DNA of 44,652 nucleotides, from contig CAJVPI010000184.1 of assembly GCA_910592345.1 (NCBI GenBank), positions 1 through 44,652 of the forward strand, given 5' to 3'. The DNA comes from Paraglomus brasilianum. Taxonomy: Eukaryota. Of the stretch, positions 25,201 to 35,393 are shown piece after piece. Position numbers and translations under genes: made by a program. Position 1 is the stretch's first letter. Each line of letters begins with the position of its first letter. The notes below the pieces were generated by a model. That model was not told the DNA's origin and did no database searches. It worked only from the letters and a program-made list of their open reading frames with translations.

Positions 25201-27200
25201 TGTGACATTGCATGTCCTTGTTCAACTGCTTTTGTATACAATTCAACTGCCTTTTTAGTGTCTTTTTCTACTCCAATTCCATTTTGATAGCAATGACCAA
25301 GATTACTTTGTGCATTAGTATTTCCTTGTTCAGCAGCTAGTTTATACAATTCTATTGCTTTTTGTTCATCCTTTTCTATGCCAATTCCATTTTTATAACA
25401 CAAACCAAGGTTAAATTGTGCTAAAGCATTTCCTTGTGCAACTGCTTTTTTATACCATTCCACTGCCAATATTCCATCTTTTCCAACTCCATTTCCATTT
25501 TGATAGCAACAACCAAGATTGTTTTGTGCCATAGAATTTCCTTGTTCAGCTGCTTTTTTATAAAATTCAACTGCCTTTTGTTCATCTTTTCCAACTCCAG
25601 TTCCATGCTGATAGCAACAACCAAGATTATTTTGTGACATAACATACCCTTGTTCAGCTGCTTTTTTGTACCATTCCGCTGCCTTTTGTTTATCTTTTTC
25701 TAGTCCAATTCCATTTTCATAACACAAACCAAGATTGTTTTGTGCACCAGCATTTCCCTGTTCTGCTGCTTTTTGATACAATTCTACTGCTTTTTTAGAA
25801 TCTTTTTCTACCCCAATTTCATGTTCATAATACAAACCCAGATTATGTTGTGCAATAGCATTTCCTTGCTCAGCTGACAGTTGAAACCAATAGATTGCTT
25901 GTTTAATATCACTCCTGACTGTTATCCCATAAGCATAAAAAAACCCAGTTAACCAAAGACATTGCTCACAATTTGTATGGTCTTTGAGTCTTGTTATAGG
26001 ACTATATTCATTATGTGTTAACCAATCTTTAATGTGATTAGCAATCTGCATGTGAGTTCTTCCTTTTAATGATTCTTCTTGATATATAGTTGCCAGCTTG
26101 TCAGACATTGGATGTTCTGTAGTTGTTTTTTGAAGTATCAAGTTTAACCGTTCAGAAACTTGCTCACATGAAGGTCTTTTTTCTGCATTATCATCCCAGC
26201 ATTCTGAATACAAAATGATATATTCTTCTGGAGTTCCTGAGACTGGAGCATCTCGCTTGTTATTTAGTCTATAACGTATGATGTCATTATCATTCTGGAG
26301 CCCATCACATGGTCTTCTTCTGCTGGAAATTTCCCACAATACCACTCCCAAGCTAAATATATCTGACTTTTGATTGCGTTTAATATCACTGTTATACATG
26401 CATCTAGGGTCAAGATACGCAAGACTTCCTTTACTGTTTAAATAACTTTTTTGTTTTAAAGTCAAGTCAGACAAGCCAAAGTCTGTTATTTTCGCCACGC
26501 CGGCATGGATCAATATATTATGAGTCGACTAAATAATAACGTTATTAATTAATAGAACGTTCTGTAAAATATTATGAGATGAGACTATATTACAGCGCAT
26601 TATAATTACCAGATTTTTATGTAAAATGTCGCACTCATGAAGATAGGTCAGGCCGTTAACAATATTGATACCAAGGTTGCGTCTCGTAGGCCAATCCAGT
26701 TCAATAGATGAGTCCGACAAATAACAGCGTAATGAACCACTGTCCGCATACTTGAACACCATAATATGTCTATTGAGCGTATCTATGAATTGGGTCTCTG
26801 TTAACGTCATGTCCATAATAATGACGCACAATTTTTCAACGCTTACCCTTACTGACTCCGAGGAATCGAACAATGTTGGGGTGATCATCAAGCTTGCGAT
26901 GGGTTTTTATCTAAACATACCGGTTGAATAATTTAAGTAAAAGCATATACAAATAAGATTATCGTTACAGTCACTGACCTCCTTGACAAAGTCTTCGATT
27001 ATCTCATCTTCATTGTGAGAGTGGAGAAGCTTGTATGCAACCACTCTGCCCAGTGTTTTCAATTTTGCTTTAAAAATTGCTCCATATCCTCCGCCATCGA
27101 TATATACGACGTCAGTGAAGTTCTCGAAAGAGTAAAAACGGATGTTTTCCTCTTCAATATTCTTCCTCAACCATTCCTTATCAGAGTGAATCGAAGCCAT
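22221..27200 (-). CDS. TKL-type (pseudo)kinase fused to ~34 Sel1-like repeats, ~1588 aa. Exons 27200-26979, 26910-26847, 26782-26610, 26528-22221
   Basis: Spliced motifs GGGYGAIF, VAYK, FVKE, HPNIVRFLG, YADSGSL, ILHKNLSTHNIL, DFG, SLAYLDP, SDIFSLG, CW..RPS; donors gtcagt, gtaagc, gtaatt and AG acceptors keep the frame; 36-aa units GNxxAQxNLGxCYxxGxGVEKDxxKAVELYKKAxEQ. Confidence 0.92.
22308..25970 (-). repeat. Coding 108-bp Sel1 tandem array (~34 units)
   Basis: 108-bp periodicity of ccaagattattttgtgc / atttccttgttc; one 32-aa and one 38-aa irregular unit. Confidence 0.95.
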
Positions 27201-27569
27201 ATTTGTTGACTGTTATCATAATCATTTGCATTCGCTTCTTTTAAAATCTTGCAATATAGTTACACACATAATGATAATGCATACGTTATCGTTGTGCCCC
27301 CGACGTGCGCCATTCATGTTTCATTTTAATTATTTTAATTCATTCATGCGCGTGATACAATCCTTCATTACCTCTTTTGTAGTGACAATAAGTCCTTCCA
27401 CCCCCGAACACTTTGTCAAGTATTTCAATATTGACTTTCCAGCACATTATGTTCAAACGAACAACACGAATTCTACCCTTCACAAATTAAGATGTCAGTT
27501 ACTCTAGAATCTTTTTTTATGTGTTTCATACGACGTAAATTGTTCATTAGGCCAATGACCATCAACAGT

Positions 27570-27660
27570 ATACACAGGCAAAGTCGATAAGTCGGCCGCA
27601 TAATTTATATTGTTTAAAGTACTTGATAATATAAATACTGCGGCCGACTTATCTGTGTAT
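27570..27660. mobile_element. ~90-bp palindromic MITE-like element (Tc1/mariner-like ends)
   Basis: atacacag..gataagtcggccgca..atttatatt / aatataaat..tgcggccgacttatc tgtgtat: perfect 15-bp inverted repeat plus inner and outer stems, TA at the ends. Confidence 0.7.
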
Positions 27661-28440
27661 GATTTTCTTAATTAAGGAACTGATGAATGTCAAACAGGGA
27701 ATTTTATCACCGGATCTGTTTCAGATATAAATGTTACGACCATATTGCACTGCTTTACATCCACTGTCTGATATCATGTGTCAACTAAATCTGAAGCAGT
27801 AGAAGGATAAGCAAACGAGTAAAGGATAACTTCGTTTGGAGATATAACAAAAGATTAAACAATATTAGGAATACTAATAATGGCAGGCAGGGTAGAGTAA
27901 AGATTTTTAGATATTTCCATTTGACAACTAAGCGATCGATCGATGTTCATTAAAAGAGCTTGTACTGGCAAAACTCCTAAACGTGCGGAATTTCTGCCGA
28001 CCGACGCTAATTACATCCCCCAACATTTTTAGCTTGATATGTGAAATATACTTTTTTGTGTATACTAGAAATTTGCTTAAAGCAAAAAACTGTATAAGCG
28101 ATATACCTATTAATGGATATCACTTGCAATAGTCTGTTTGTTATAATCCATTATTTCTATTATGTTGTAGAGAATAATATTAACTGAATTCTTTACACAT
28201 TTGTGGCTGATTATCTAAACCAATCATATTATGCAAAATTCACTATTCCAACAGTATTATTTACATCGATAAACAGATACTGAACTTTTAAACACCTATG
28301 TCTTTTACGTTTAAAATATATGTCTTACCTTCGTCAGTTGCCCCCATTAATACCAAATGTTTATTGATATGAAAACCTCCATTGTGATACATCAAAATTA
28401 TATGCATTACTCCGTCCCACCTTCTTAACTTATTTATTAA

Positions 28441-30070
28441 CTAGATTTAGAATTTATAGGGGGCTTCGCTCCCCCTTGTGGCTGTCACTTGCGATTTTAT
28501 ACAGTAATACAGTCTACCCTCCATATATGCACGTCCCTTGGGAAGAGCTGGAGCGTGCATATATGCAGGGGGGGGGGGTGTTTGTATTTTTCTGGTACAA
28601 CAAATTTACAAGAATAATAGAAATATGGTATAAATTATCAAATTAATTTTTACGTAATTTTTTACTACGTTGGTATGCTTGATAAGTTAGGAGAGTGATG
28701 AGCTAAATAGTTTAAATTTGAACAATATCATTTTGGTTGTGCAGCAAAAGACATAGATTAGTTAGCGAAAGAGATTTGGATAAGACTTTATTTCTGTTAG
28801 TAGATAAAGGTTTTGTCAAGGCGATTATTTGTGTTTAGGAATCGTTGTGAGAGGGAAATTTGATTGTGTAGTTAGCGAAAGGGATTTGGATAGGATTTTT
28901 ATTGTTACTGTATGTAATACGGTCATTCAAACTAAATAACAATCTTTATTGGAATCATTATAAGAAATATTGGTAGACTGTGTATGACGGCAACTTACTG
29001 TATTGACACACTCAATGAAGTAGAGCAAGCGCATACGCTGGGAAAATGTATAGTATAGTAGAAGAACGAATGAGCGAACAATGATTAATTACAGTAAATA
29101 GTTTATTTAGGATATAGCTTTCTGAGAAAGTATGGTGCAAGGCATCTATACCCGACAATCATGTGATGAAAAAAATAAAGCATTTAAAGTCTTTCAACTT
29201 CTTACACAGATAAGATATCAAAAATCTGAGCGGTAACTTTATTCTTTATAATAATAACAAGCTCTACAAAGTGACAAGAATATTACGGGAAATGGGAAAT
29301 ACGCGTTATCGGTCTAATATATGCATAATGTACAGTATAAGAATAGTAAGTCAGTAAAATTAAATAGGTTTAATGGAATTTTCGGGAATGTAATTAGTAT
29401 CAATTTGTTGATTTAGTCACAAGTAATGGAATATGATTCGATAGTAACGAAAATATGGCTAATTAAATCAATAGGTCATAGTGAAATATGTGGGTAATCG
29501 TGTGAATTAAAAAATGAAGTGGTGAGTTATAATTTTATTTATAGACGTTCAATTTGCGTATGACAGCTTGATCAACGGCAAACGCTTGTTTGAATTTCTA
29601 CAACGTCCCACGATGGTGCACGGCTGAGTTTGACCAGTAGCGAAAAATTGTTTATCCAGATGTAGAAAGATGTGTGGCGATGTCAGCCTCGAGACTACTA
29701 CGAGAGCAAAACAATATTGTAAAGGAATTGTTTGCAAGGGAAATTTATGCCATTAACGTGTACTAGAAATCTATTACCAGTATATTTGGTCGAAAACTAC
29801 TTAGGCTGGTAGTATGTTGATAAGAGATAGATATTTTTTGGTATATTGAGAGGTATTGGAGCTAGCGTAAGGCATGTTCGATTATTATATGTTCGCAAAG
29901 GATAAGTAATGTCATTATTTCTGACTACCCATTTTGCATATTTCGGGTATAATAACGCGAGCAATAAGAACAGGGAATTGAGTGTAATCTTCTTCACAAA
30001 ATAGGCGTAAAACTTTTTGCAATTCATCGGAAGCCAGTATGTGGTATTTCGGATGGTGGAGTAAAAGATA
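28441..30070 (-). mobile_element. Internally deleted Helitron relic (locus C): Rep N-terminus, PIF1 helicase C-terminus, hairpin+CTAG end
   Basis: 30050-29890: YWLP/DELQKVLRLFCEEDYTQFP/CSYCSR/LLYPKYAKWVVRNNDITYPL (homologous to 18600-18410). 29740-29545: QTIPLQYCFAL..LTSPHIFLHLDKQFFATGQT/LSRAPSWDVVEIQ/AFAVDQAVIRKL (PIF1 motifs V-VI). Minus-strand end GGGGGAGCGAAGCCCCC-14nt-CTAG|TT at 28441. Confidence 0.78.
28510..28980. mobile_element. Possible decayed pogo-like non-autonomous element inserted in Helitron locus C
   Basis: TA|CAGTCTACCCTCCATATATGCACG..CGTGCATATATG left end; GGTAGACTG at 28972-28980 is a 9-bp inverted match, but the right-hand TA TSD is missing. Confidence 0.4.
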
Positions 30071-30189
30071 AAGAGGATGGGAATTGATGGTCATTAATAG
30101 ACCAACCGCGAATTAGTAACATTGTAGTAATTTCATTTGCTTGAAGAGAATCGACGGTAAATATATCGAGAACTTGAGACATTTTTTTT

Positions 30190-30450
30190 TTCAAACTAAT
30201 AAGTATGATGCGAAAAAGAAATAAAAACTTTTTATTATGAGGTGTGTGGCAAAAAAGCAGTTGATATGTTGTTATTTATACTTTTTATAATTATATATGG
30301 ATGTAAAGTGGGGAGTAACATTTTTTTGGAGCTCATATGAGTCATATAAACAAATAAAGGCATGTTTACCGACGATCTTTTAACATGTGACACACAACGC
30401 TGATAAAAAATATGATAATAATAACGGGGGAAATGCAATAAAGACACTCC
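30190..30450. repeat. Inverted copy of 13090-13458
   Basis: See 13090-13458. Confidence 0.9.
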
Positions 30451-30460
30451 CACATTATAA

Positions 30461-30755
30461 CATAAGTTATGGCAACACTAATTTAATACGAAACGTAAAT
30501 GCGGAAGTCATAATCTCTTTGGAAAGGTCTGAGTACGAAGATTACAGAACCATTGCGAGGGATTGCAGGTAGCTTTAATAGCAAGAGTGAAAGAACTGTC
30601 TGAGAAACGTTATACGGACTGCTACATAAGCTACGGCGATATGCAACGTAAAGGCGAAGTCATAACCTCTTTGGAAAAGTCTGAGTACAAAGATTACAGA
30701 ACCATTGGAGGGATTGCAGGTAGCGTTAGGAGCAAGAGGGAAAGAACTGTCTGAG
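30461..30755. repeat. Tandem duplication, two units starting at 30461 and 30625
   Basis: cataag..gaagtcataa(t/c)ctctttggaaa(g/a)gtctgagtac(g/a)aagattacagaaccattg..gggattgcaggtagc..gaaagaactgtctgag twice. Confidence 0.9.
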
Positions 30756-30936
30756 CGAGTGACAGGTGAGAATATATAAGAGACAGAGAGAGCAAGAGAG
30801 TGTAAGAATAATAAAGCAAGAATGAGAAAGCAAAAGAATGAGAGAATGAGAAAGTAATTGTGAAATAGCAAGAGTGTGATCACGATAAAGAGAGGAGGTG
30901 AACAAAAGAGTGAAATTATTGAGAGTGGCGAACAAG

Positions 30937-31010
30937 TGAAAGACTGAAAGCATGATTGAAAGACTGAAGGCATGATTGAAAGACTGAAAGCATGATTGAA
31001 AGACTGAAAG
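30937..31010. repeat. 20-bp minisatellite x ~3.7 in a purine-skewed tract (30730-31400)
   Basis: (tgaaagactgaaagcatgat)n. Confidence 0.9.
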
Positions 31011-31630
31011 AAGTAGAGATATGAAAGAGTGAGAATTAAAATAGTGAGCAATTGAAAAAGTGTGAGTGATTGCAAGAGGAGTGAGGGAGAGCAAGAGAAC
31101 GAGTTTGAAAAAGATCAGGAGCGATCGAAAGAAAGTGGGGAGATCAAAAGTGTTGTCATTGGATAAAAGACTAACTACACAAAAGTGTGAGCAATTGGAG
31201 TAGAATTGGAGAGTGAAGGGAAAGTGATTTGGAGAGCGATTGGGAGAATGATTGTGAGAGCAGTTGAGAGAGTGGTTGGGGAGTGGTTGAGACGGTGATT
31301 GGGAAGAGGTTGGGAGAATGTGAAAAAGAGCAGCGGTGTAAGAAATTGAAAGAGCATAAGAAAGTTATCGAAGAAGCGAAAAGGAGAGATGGAAATTAAC
31401 ATGCCATGGGTATAGAGTTTTTGGTTATTGAGTTGTTAGTGATTGACGACGAAAATCGATTTCCACGTTTTCGAAGAATCAAGCCAATCAGTATATGCAA
31501 ATTCAAATCATGCTAAATAGTCGGTGTCAATTTGCATTTACATTTCTGCGAACTACATTAGTCTCACTGTTAACCGTCCTTGTTATACCGTTTCTTAAAT
31601 AAATAAAGTTACTAACAGCTAATAATGGAT

Positions 31631-32145
31631 CCGTCACATGGTCTTTTTCTGCTGTGCACCACTCGCAAGCTAAATATATCTGACTTTTGATCGCATTTAG
31701 CATCACTGTTGTGTATGCATCTGGGGTACTGTTTAAATAACTTTTTTGTTTTAAGGTCAAGTCAGACAAACCAAAGTCTGTTAAATAATAGTGTTATTAA
31801 TTAATATAAAACGTGCTGTATAATATATGATTTATATGTAAAATGTTGCGCTCGTGAAGATAAGACCAAGGTTGTGTCTCATAGGCTAATCCAGTTCAAT
31901 AGATGGGTCCGACAAGTAACATCGTCGCAATGAACCACGTCTACTGAGCGTATCTATAAATTGGGTCTCTGTTAACGTCATGTCGCACAATTCCTCAACG
32001 CTTACCATGACTGACTCCGAGGAATCGAACAATGTTGGGGTGATCATCAAGCTTGCGATGGATTTTTATCTACCGGTTGGATAATTTAAGTAAAGCAATA
32101 ATATTCGAATATAGAATGGTTATTATAACCACCGACCTTTGACAA
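31631..32145 (-). pseudogene. Deletion-riddled partial duplicate of the kinase part (~26302-26988) of the kinase-Sel1 gene, introns included
   Basis: Collinear identity blocks: aagctaaatatatctgacttttgat, tactgtttaaataacttttttgttttaa, gtcaagtcagacaa, ttgggtctctgttaacgtcatgtc, actgactccgaggaatcgaacaatgttggggtgatcatcaagcttgcgatgg. Confidence 0.92.
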
Positions 32146-32164
32146 TCTCGTCTTTATAGGCAAG

Positions 32165-32812
32165 ATTATTTATATACGTAAATAAAAAATATGATTATTC
32201 AGACATAGTCGAATTTGGCATAACAGTTTAAACATGGTTTAATCTTATGAAAATATTTTCGCTGCTTTCATTTTTATTATTCTTCATTTATTGGGAGGGA
32301 GGCTTTGTAGGTAAGTACTGGCAAGGACGGTAGTTCTTTGTTTGTTTATTTTTAATATAGTCAATAAGACAACATCAACAGACAGGATTTCCAATTTACT
32401 CTAGCTATCCTGTAGGAGAACGTTAACCATATCTTTTCATATAATTGAGATTTTTTCTGTGAAGCAGAGTTGTTGGGGGATTGATGGTGATGATCCTACT
32501 TTTCCCTTCTTTGTTCTCTTATGTAGATTTTCTTGGAGGATTTGTGGTACGCTATAATATCAAATTCTGCTATGATTTACTGCCACTTACGTATTGTGTG
32601 GTACGAGAGGATATTATTTTGTACTTGGGCAGCGGATCTTTTTGTGGCGATTGTGCGGGTCCACGTATGTGCGTGTATGAATTGAAGGGGGTTATCTGGG
32701 AAATTGGAGTAGTAAGTAAGTGGATAAAATATAGATTAATTAATAATGTGTTAGAAAAGGAATAGTTGTCATATGCTAATTACTTACAGCCAGTATTATC
32801 ATGTAGTGATGT
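32165..32812 (-). mobile_element. Second copy of the Helitron OB-gene plus 3' region (direct repeat of ~17571-18280)
   Basis: Shared blocks tatacgtaaataaa, agacatagtcgaa, ttcatttattgggagg, ttcttggaggatttgtg, gctataatatcaaattctgctat, cttacgtattgtgtggtacgagagg, gtacttgggcagcggat, aattggagtagtaagtaagtgg, gaatagttgtcatatgctaattacttacag. Confidence 0.85.
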
Positions 32813-34820
32813 GGTGAGAACTATAGTAAAGTACTCGTAACAATTATTATATGGCGAATTTTTCTGTTTAACCAAACACCACATTGTATGAAGAGACCTG
32901 CTTTCAAAAAAAAAATACAATCACATCGGCAATTTTTTTATGTTTTATATGGGTTGCTTGTGTTGTGTATTTCTGAAAAAATTTGCATTTAAAATATTTA
33001 AAAAGGTCTGTCTTTGATAAACGATTAGATTTGCTTTAAAAAAATTTTCGAATCAAAACTAGGATAGTTAACTTGTATCAAATCAATTAAGTGCACAAAT
33101 AAGGTATTTAGTTTTTTATTTGAGCAAGGTTGAATTAAGGCTCATATTACAAAGGCGTACACCACCTTTTTTCGTAATTTCTGGGTGAAAATTGCCCTTA
33201 GATTTGTTCGAATTGTGGTCTGTTTTTTAAGATCCAGCGTGCATGGGCAGCACATTGATGAAGAATATTCGGCTGTTATAAGTGAAGACTTTAGTGTGAA
33301 GCGTCAGAGAGGAACTTTATCTGGATCAACCAATTAGCACTAGCGTAACGATATATCAGTGTGTGCAACATAATAATACGTGGGCTTAAACATTTTGTTC
33401 CAAAAATAGATACTTAACAATGTTAGAAACATGCTTCGCAGAGGCTAATGCTAATTGGGTATATTTCTTGCGGAGGCTGATTCATAAAATTGATTGTATT
33501 CATAACCTTGTTCGTAAAATATCTCCAAAGACAAGATGGAAATTTTAATAGGGAAGGTATTACTGTATGTTTTAAATATTATGACTTATTTGTAGCTGTA
33601 AATTTTATTAGTCGCTTACGTTTGACTTGTAAGTAGGATTGTACTATGCACACGTTATATCTGAGAAGAACACATAATTCTCCTTGGCCTCGGATATAAT
33701 ATCGCAATACGTAATTTCCCCATAGCAGACAAATTTGTACGATAAAAAATACTTGTGATAAACAAAATTCAGTTAATACAGTAATAACGTCAACTTCTAC
33801 TCAACGTTCGTATATTATCTTGCTAAAGCTGTATTTAAACAATCTTTTGACAATCGCAGTCTATCAGAAGCTACTAACAAGAAATTTTCTGTATGTCGAG
33901 AGTTTGACAGAAAGTTAAGACCCTGTAAGACAAAAGAATCACAGCTTTGGCGGCATGCAAATACTCAAGAACAACCAGCAACTCGCACTATACCATTTGA
34001 CCTTCATACTTCGTTAAACTCTTATTCAATTTATGAGAACATTGTAACCAAATTATCGCTACTAATAAAATTATCAGCATTTTATAGGCTTTTAATCAAG
34101 AAAATAAAAGATCTCGACTCGATCCAGACGATAAAACATCACTCTAACCTAATGATAGAGCTTAAAAAAGATTGTTGGAGTTTGCTTATTTAGAAACAGA
34201 GAGGACAAAAAACTATTTCAATCATGAAGTTAATACACGTATCGTGAGCTTGTTGCTTTCAATATGACATCGCAAAATAAGATTCAACATACTGAACTGT
34301 TCTCTAAATAGGTTACGATACAAAGAGCGTTTTGATATCCGCCTCAAATGCAAAATGACATTGCTAACTCGAAAGAGCAAACAAACTTTCAAAGAAATTT
34401 AATCAACTATATTGTTTTGTTTTGAGAATCTAAATCTAAATTTATTTTATTGTTGACAGCAACGCCGCTTATACTAAAAGGCTTGCCATTGTACGCCCTC
34501 TAAATTTTTACACTACACTTAATTCTATTTGATATTGTTTTTTAGAGCAGTCTTAGTTAATTCAATCTGCTCGTTAATAATGATTCGGCTAATCGGTTTG
34601 TTATGAGGTAAACTAGTCGCTTTTCAGTGACAGTCAAAACAAAGTATGAACTTTGCGTCAACTTTGAATCGAATCTATTGATATTTTTTTGGATTATTCA
34701 CATTTGGCTTTGTTGCGTATTATTTAATTATATCACATCCATTTATTTTGAGTAAAAAAAAAAAAATAGATATACAATAAAATACAGCATAAAATATATG
34801 ATGGTTAGACAAAAAAGAAT

Positions 34821-35020
34821 AAGACAATAATCTAATAATAACAAAGCTTGCCAAAACTTCTCTTTACAACACAACCAATCATATCCCCTCCAAAAAAAAA
34901 GACAATAATCTAATAATAAAGTTTCTAAACATAAACTTAAGAAGATGTAATATCACCAAAGCAATTCGAAATAAAAATGCTAAACCCTTCTCTTTACAAC
35001 CAATAATATCCCCTCCCAAC
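34821..35020. repeat. Imperfect tandem duplication downstream of the NDUFA4-like gene
   Basis: aagacaataatctaataataa..cttctctttacaac..atatcccctcc twice. Confidence 0.8.
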
Positions 35021-35195
35021 CCAAGGGGTTAGGGACCGTTCCAAATTCAGTATTAGTTCTATTATTATTATTATATTGCCGTGCTTCAATTAACAATATA
35101 TGTATAAATCTCCTATGTAAACTAAGATAATAATAATAATAAAATAAAACTATTTGGAATTATAAGTATGCATACTGTATGTAGTATATTAATAA

Positions 35196-35393
35196 TTATC
35201 GATGACGTGGAAAAGACGGTGGCGGAGTTGACTGCGAAGGGAAAAGCCGCAATTGTGAATCAGTTCTAACTTTGTAAACCGATTGCCCGATTCCGTAGAA
35301 CACCGCAAAAAAAGTACATGTCGCAAGTGGATACGCTTCGGCTGGAACTTTCCTCATCATTAATCGGATACTGTGCGCCGCCGTTTGTGACAT
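35196..35393 (-). CDS. NDUFA4/MLRQ (B12D)-like small mitochondrial membrane protein, 65 aa
   Basis: VPAEAYPL + single TM (ATCTFFAVFYGIGQSVY) + KVRTDSQLRL resembles the recalled fungal PxExYPL..KLRTDPxLR pattern; ATG start, intact ORF. Confidence 0.7.
   Translation of the reverse strand: MSQTAAHSIRLMMRKVPAEAYPLATCTFFAVFYGIGQSVYKVRTDSQLRLFPSQSTPPPSFPRHR

Noticed and set aside
22214..25645. Many short alternative-frame and antisense ORFs over the Sel1 array
   Set aside because: Shadows of the 108-bp coding repeat
22308..25970. CRISPR-like periodicity
   Set aside because: Units are in-frame protein repeats with no unique spacers or cas genes, in a eukaryotic context
30575..31402. Hydrophobic Leu/Ser/Phe-rich minus-strand ORFs
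   Set aside because: By-product of the purine/pyrimidine skew and the minisatellite
33600..34400. Coding-like decayed sequence, possibly an F-box/LRR relic
   Set aside because: No diagnostic motif recoverable by eye
35025..35034. ggggttaggg telomere-like motif
   Set aside because: Single unit, no array
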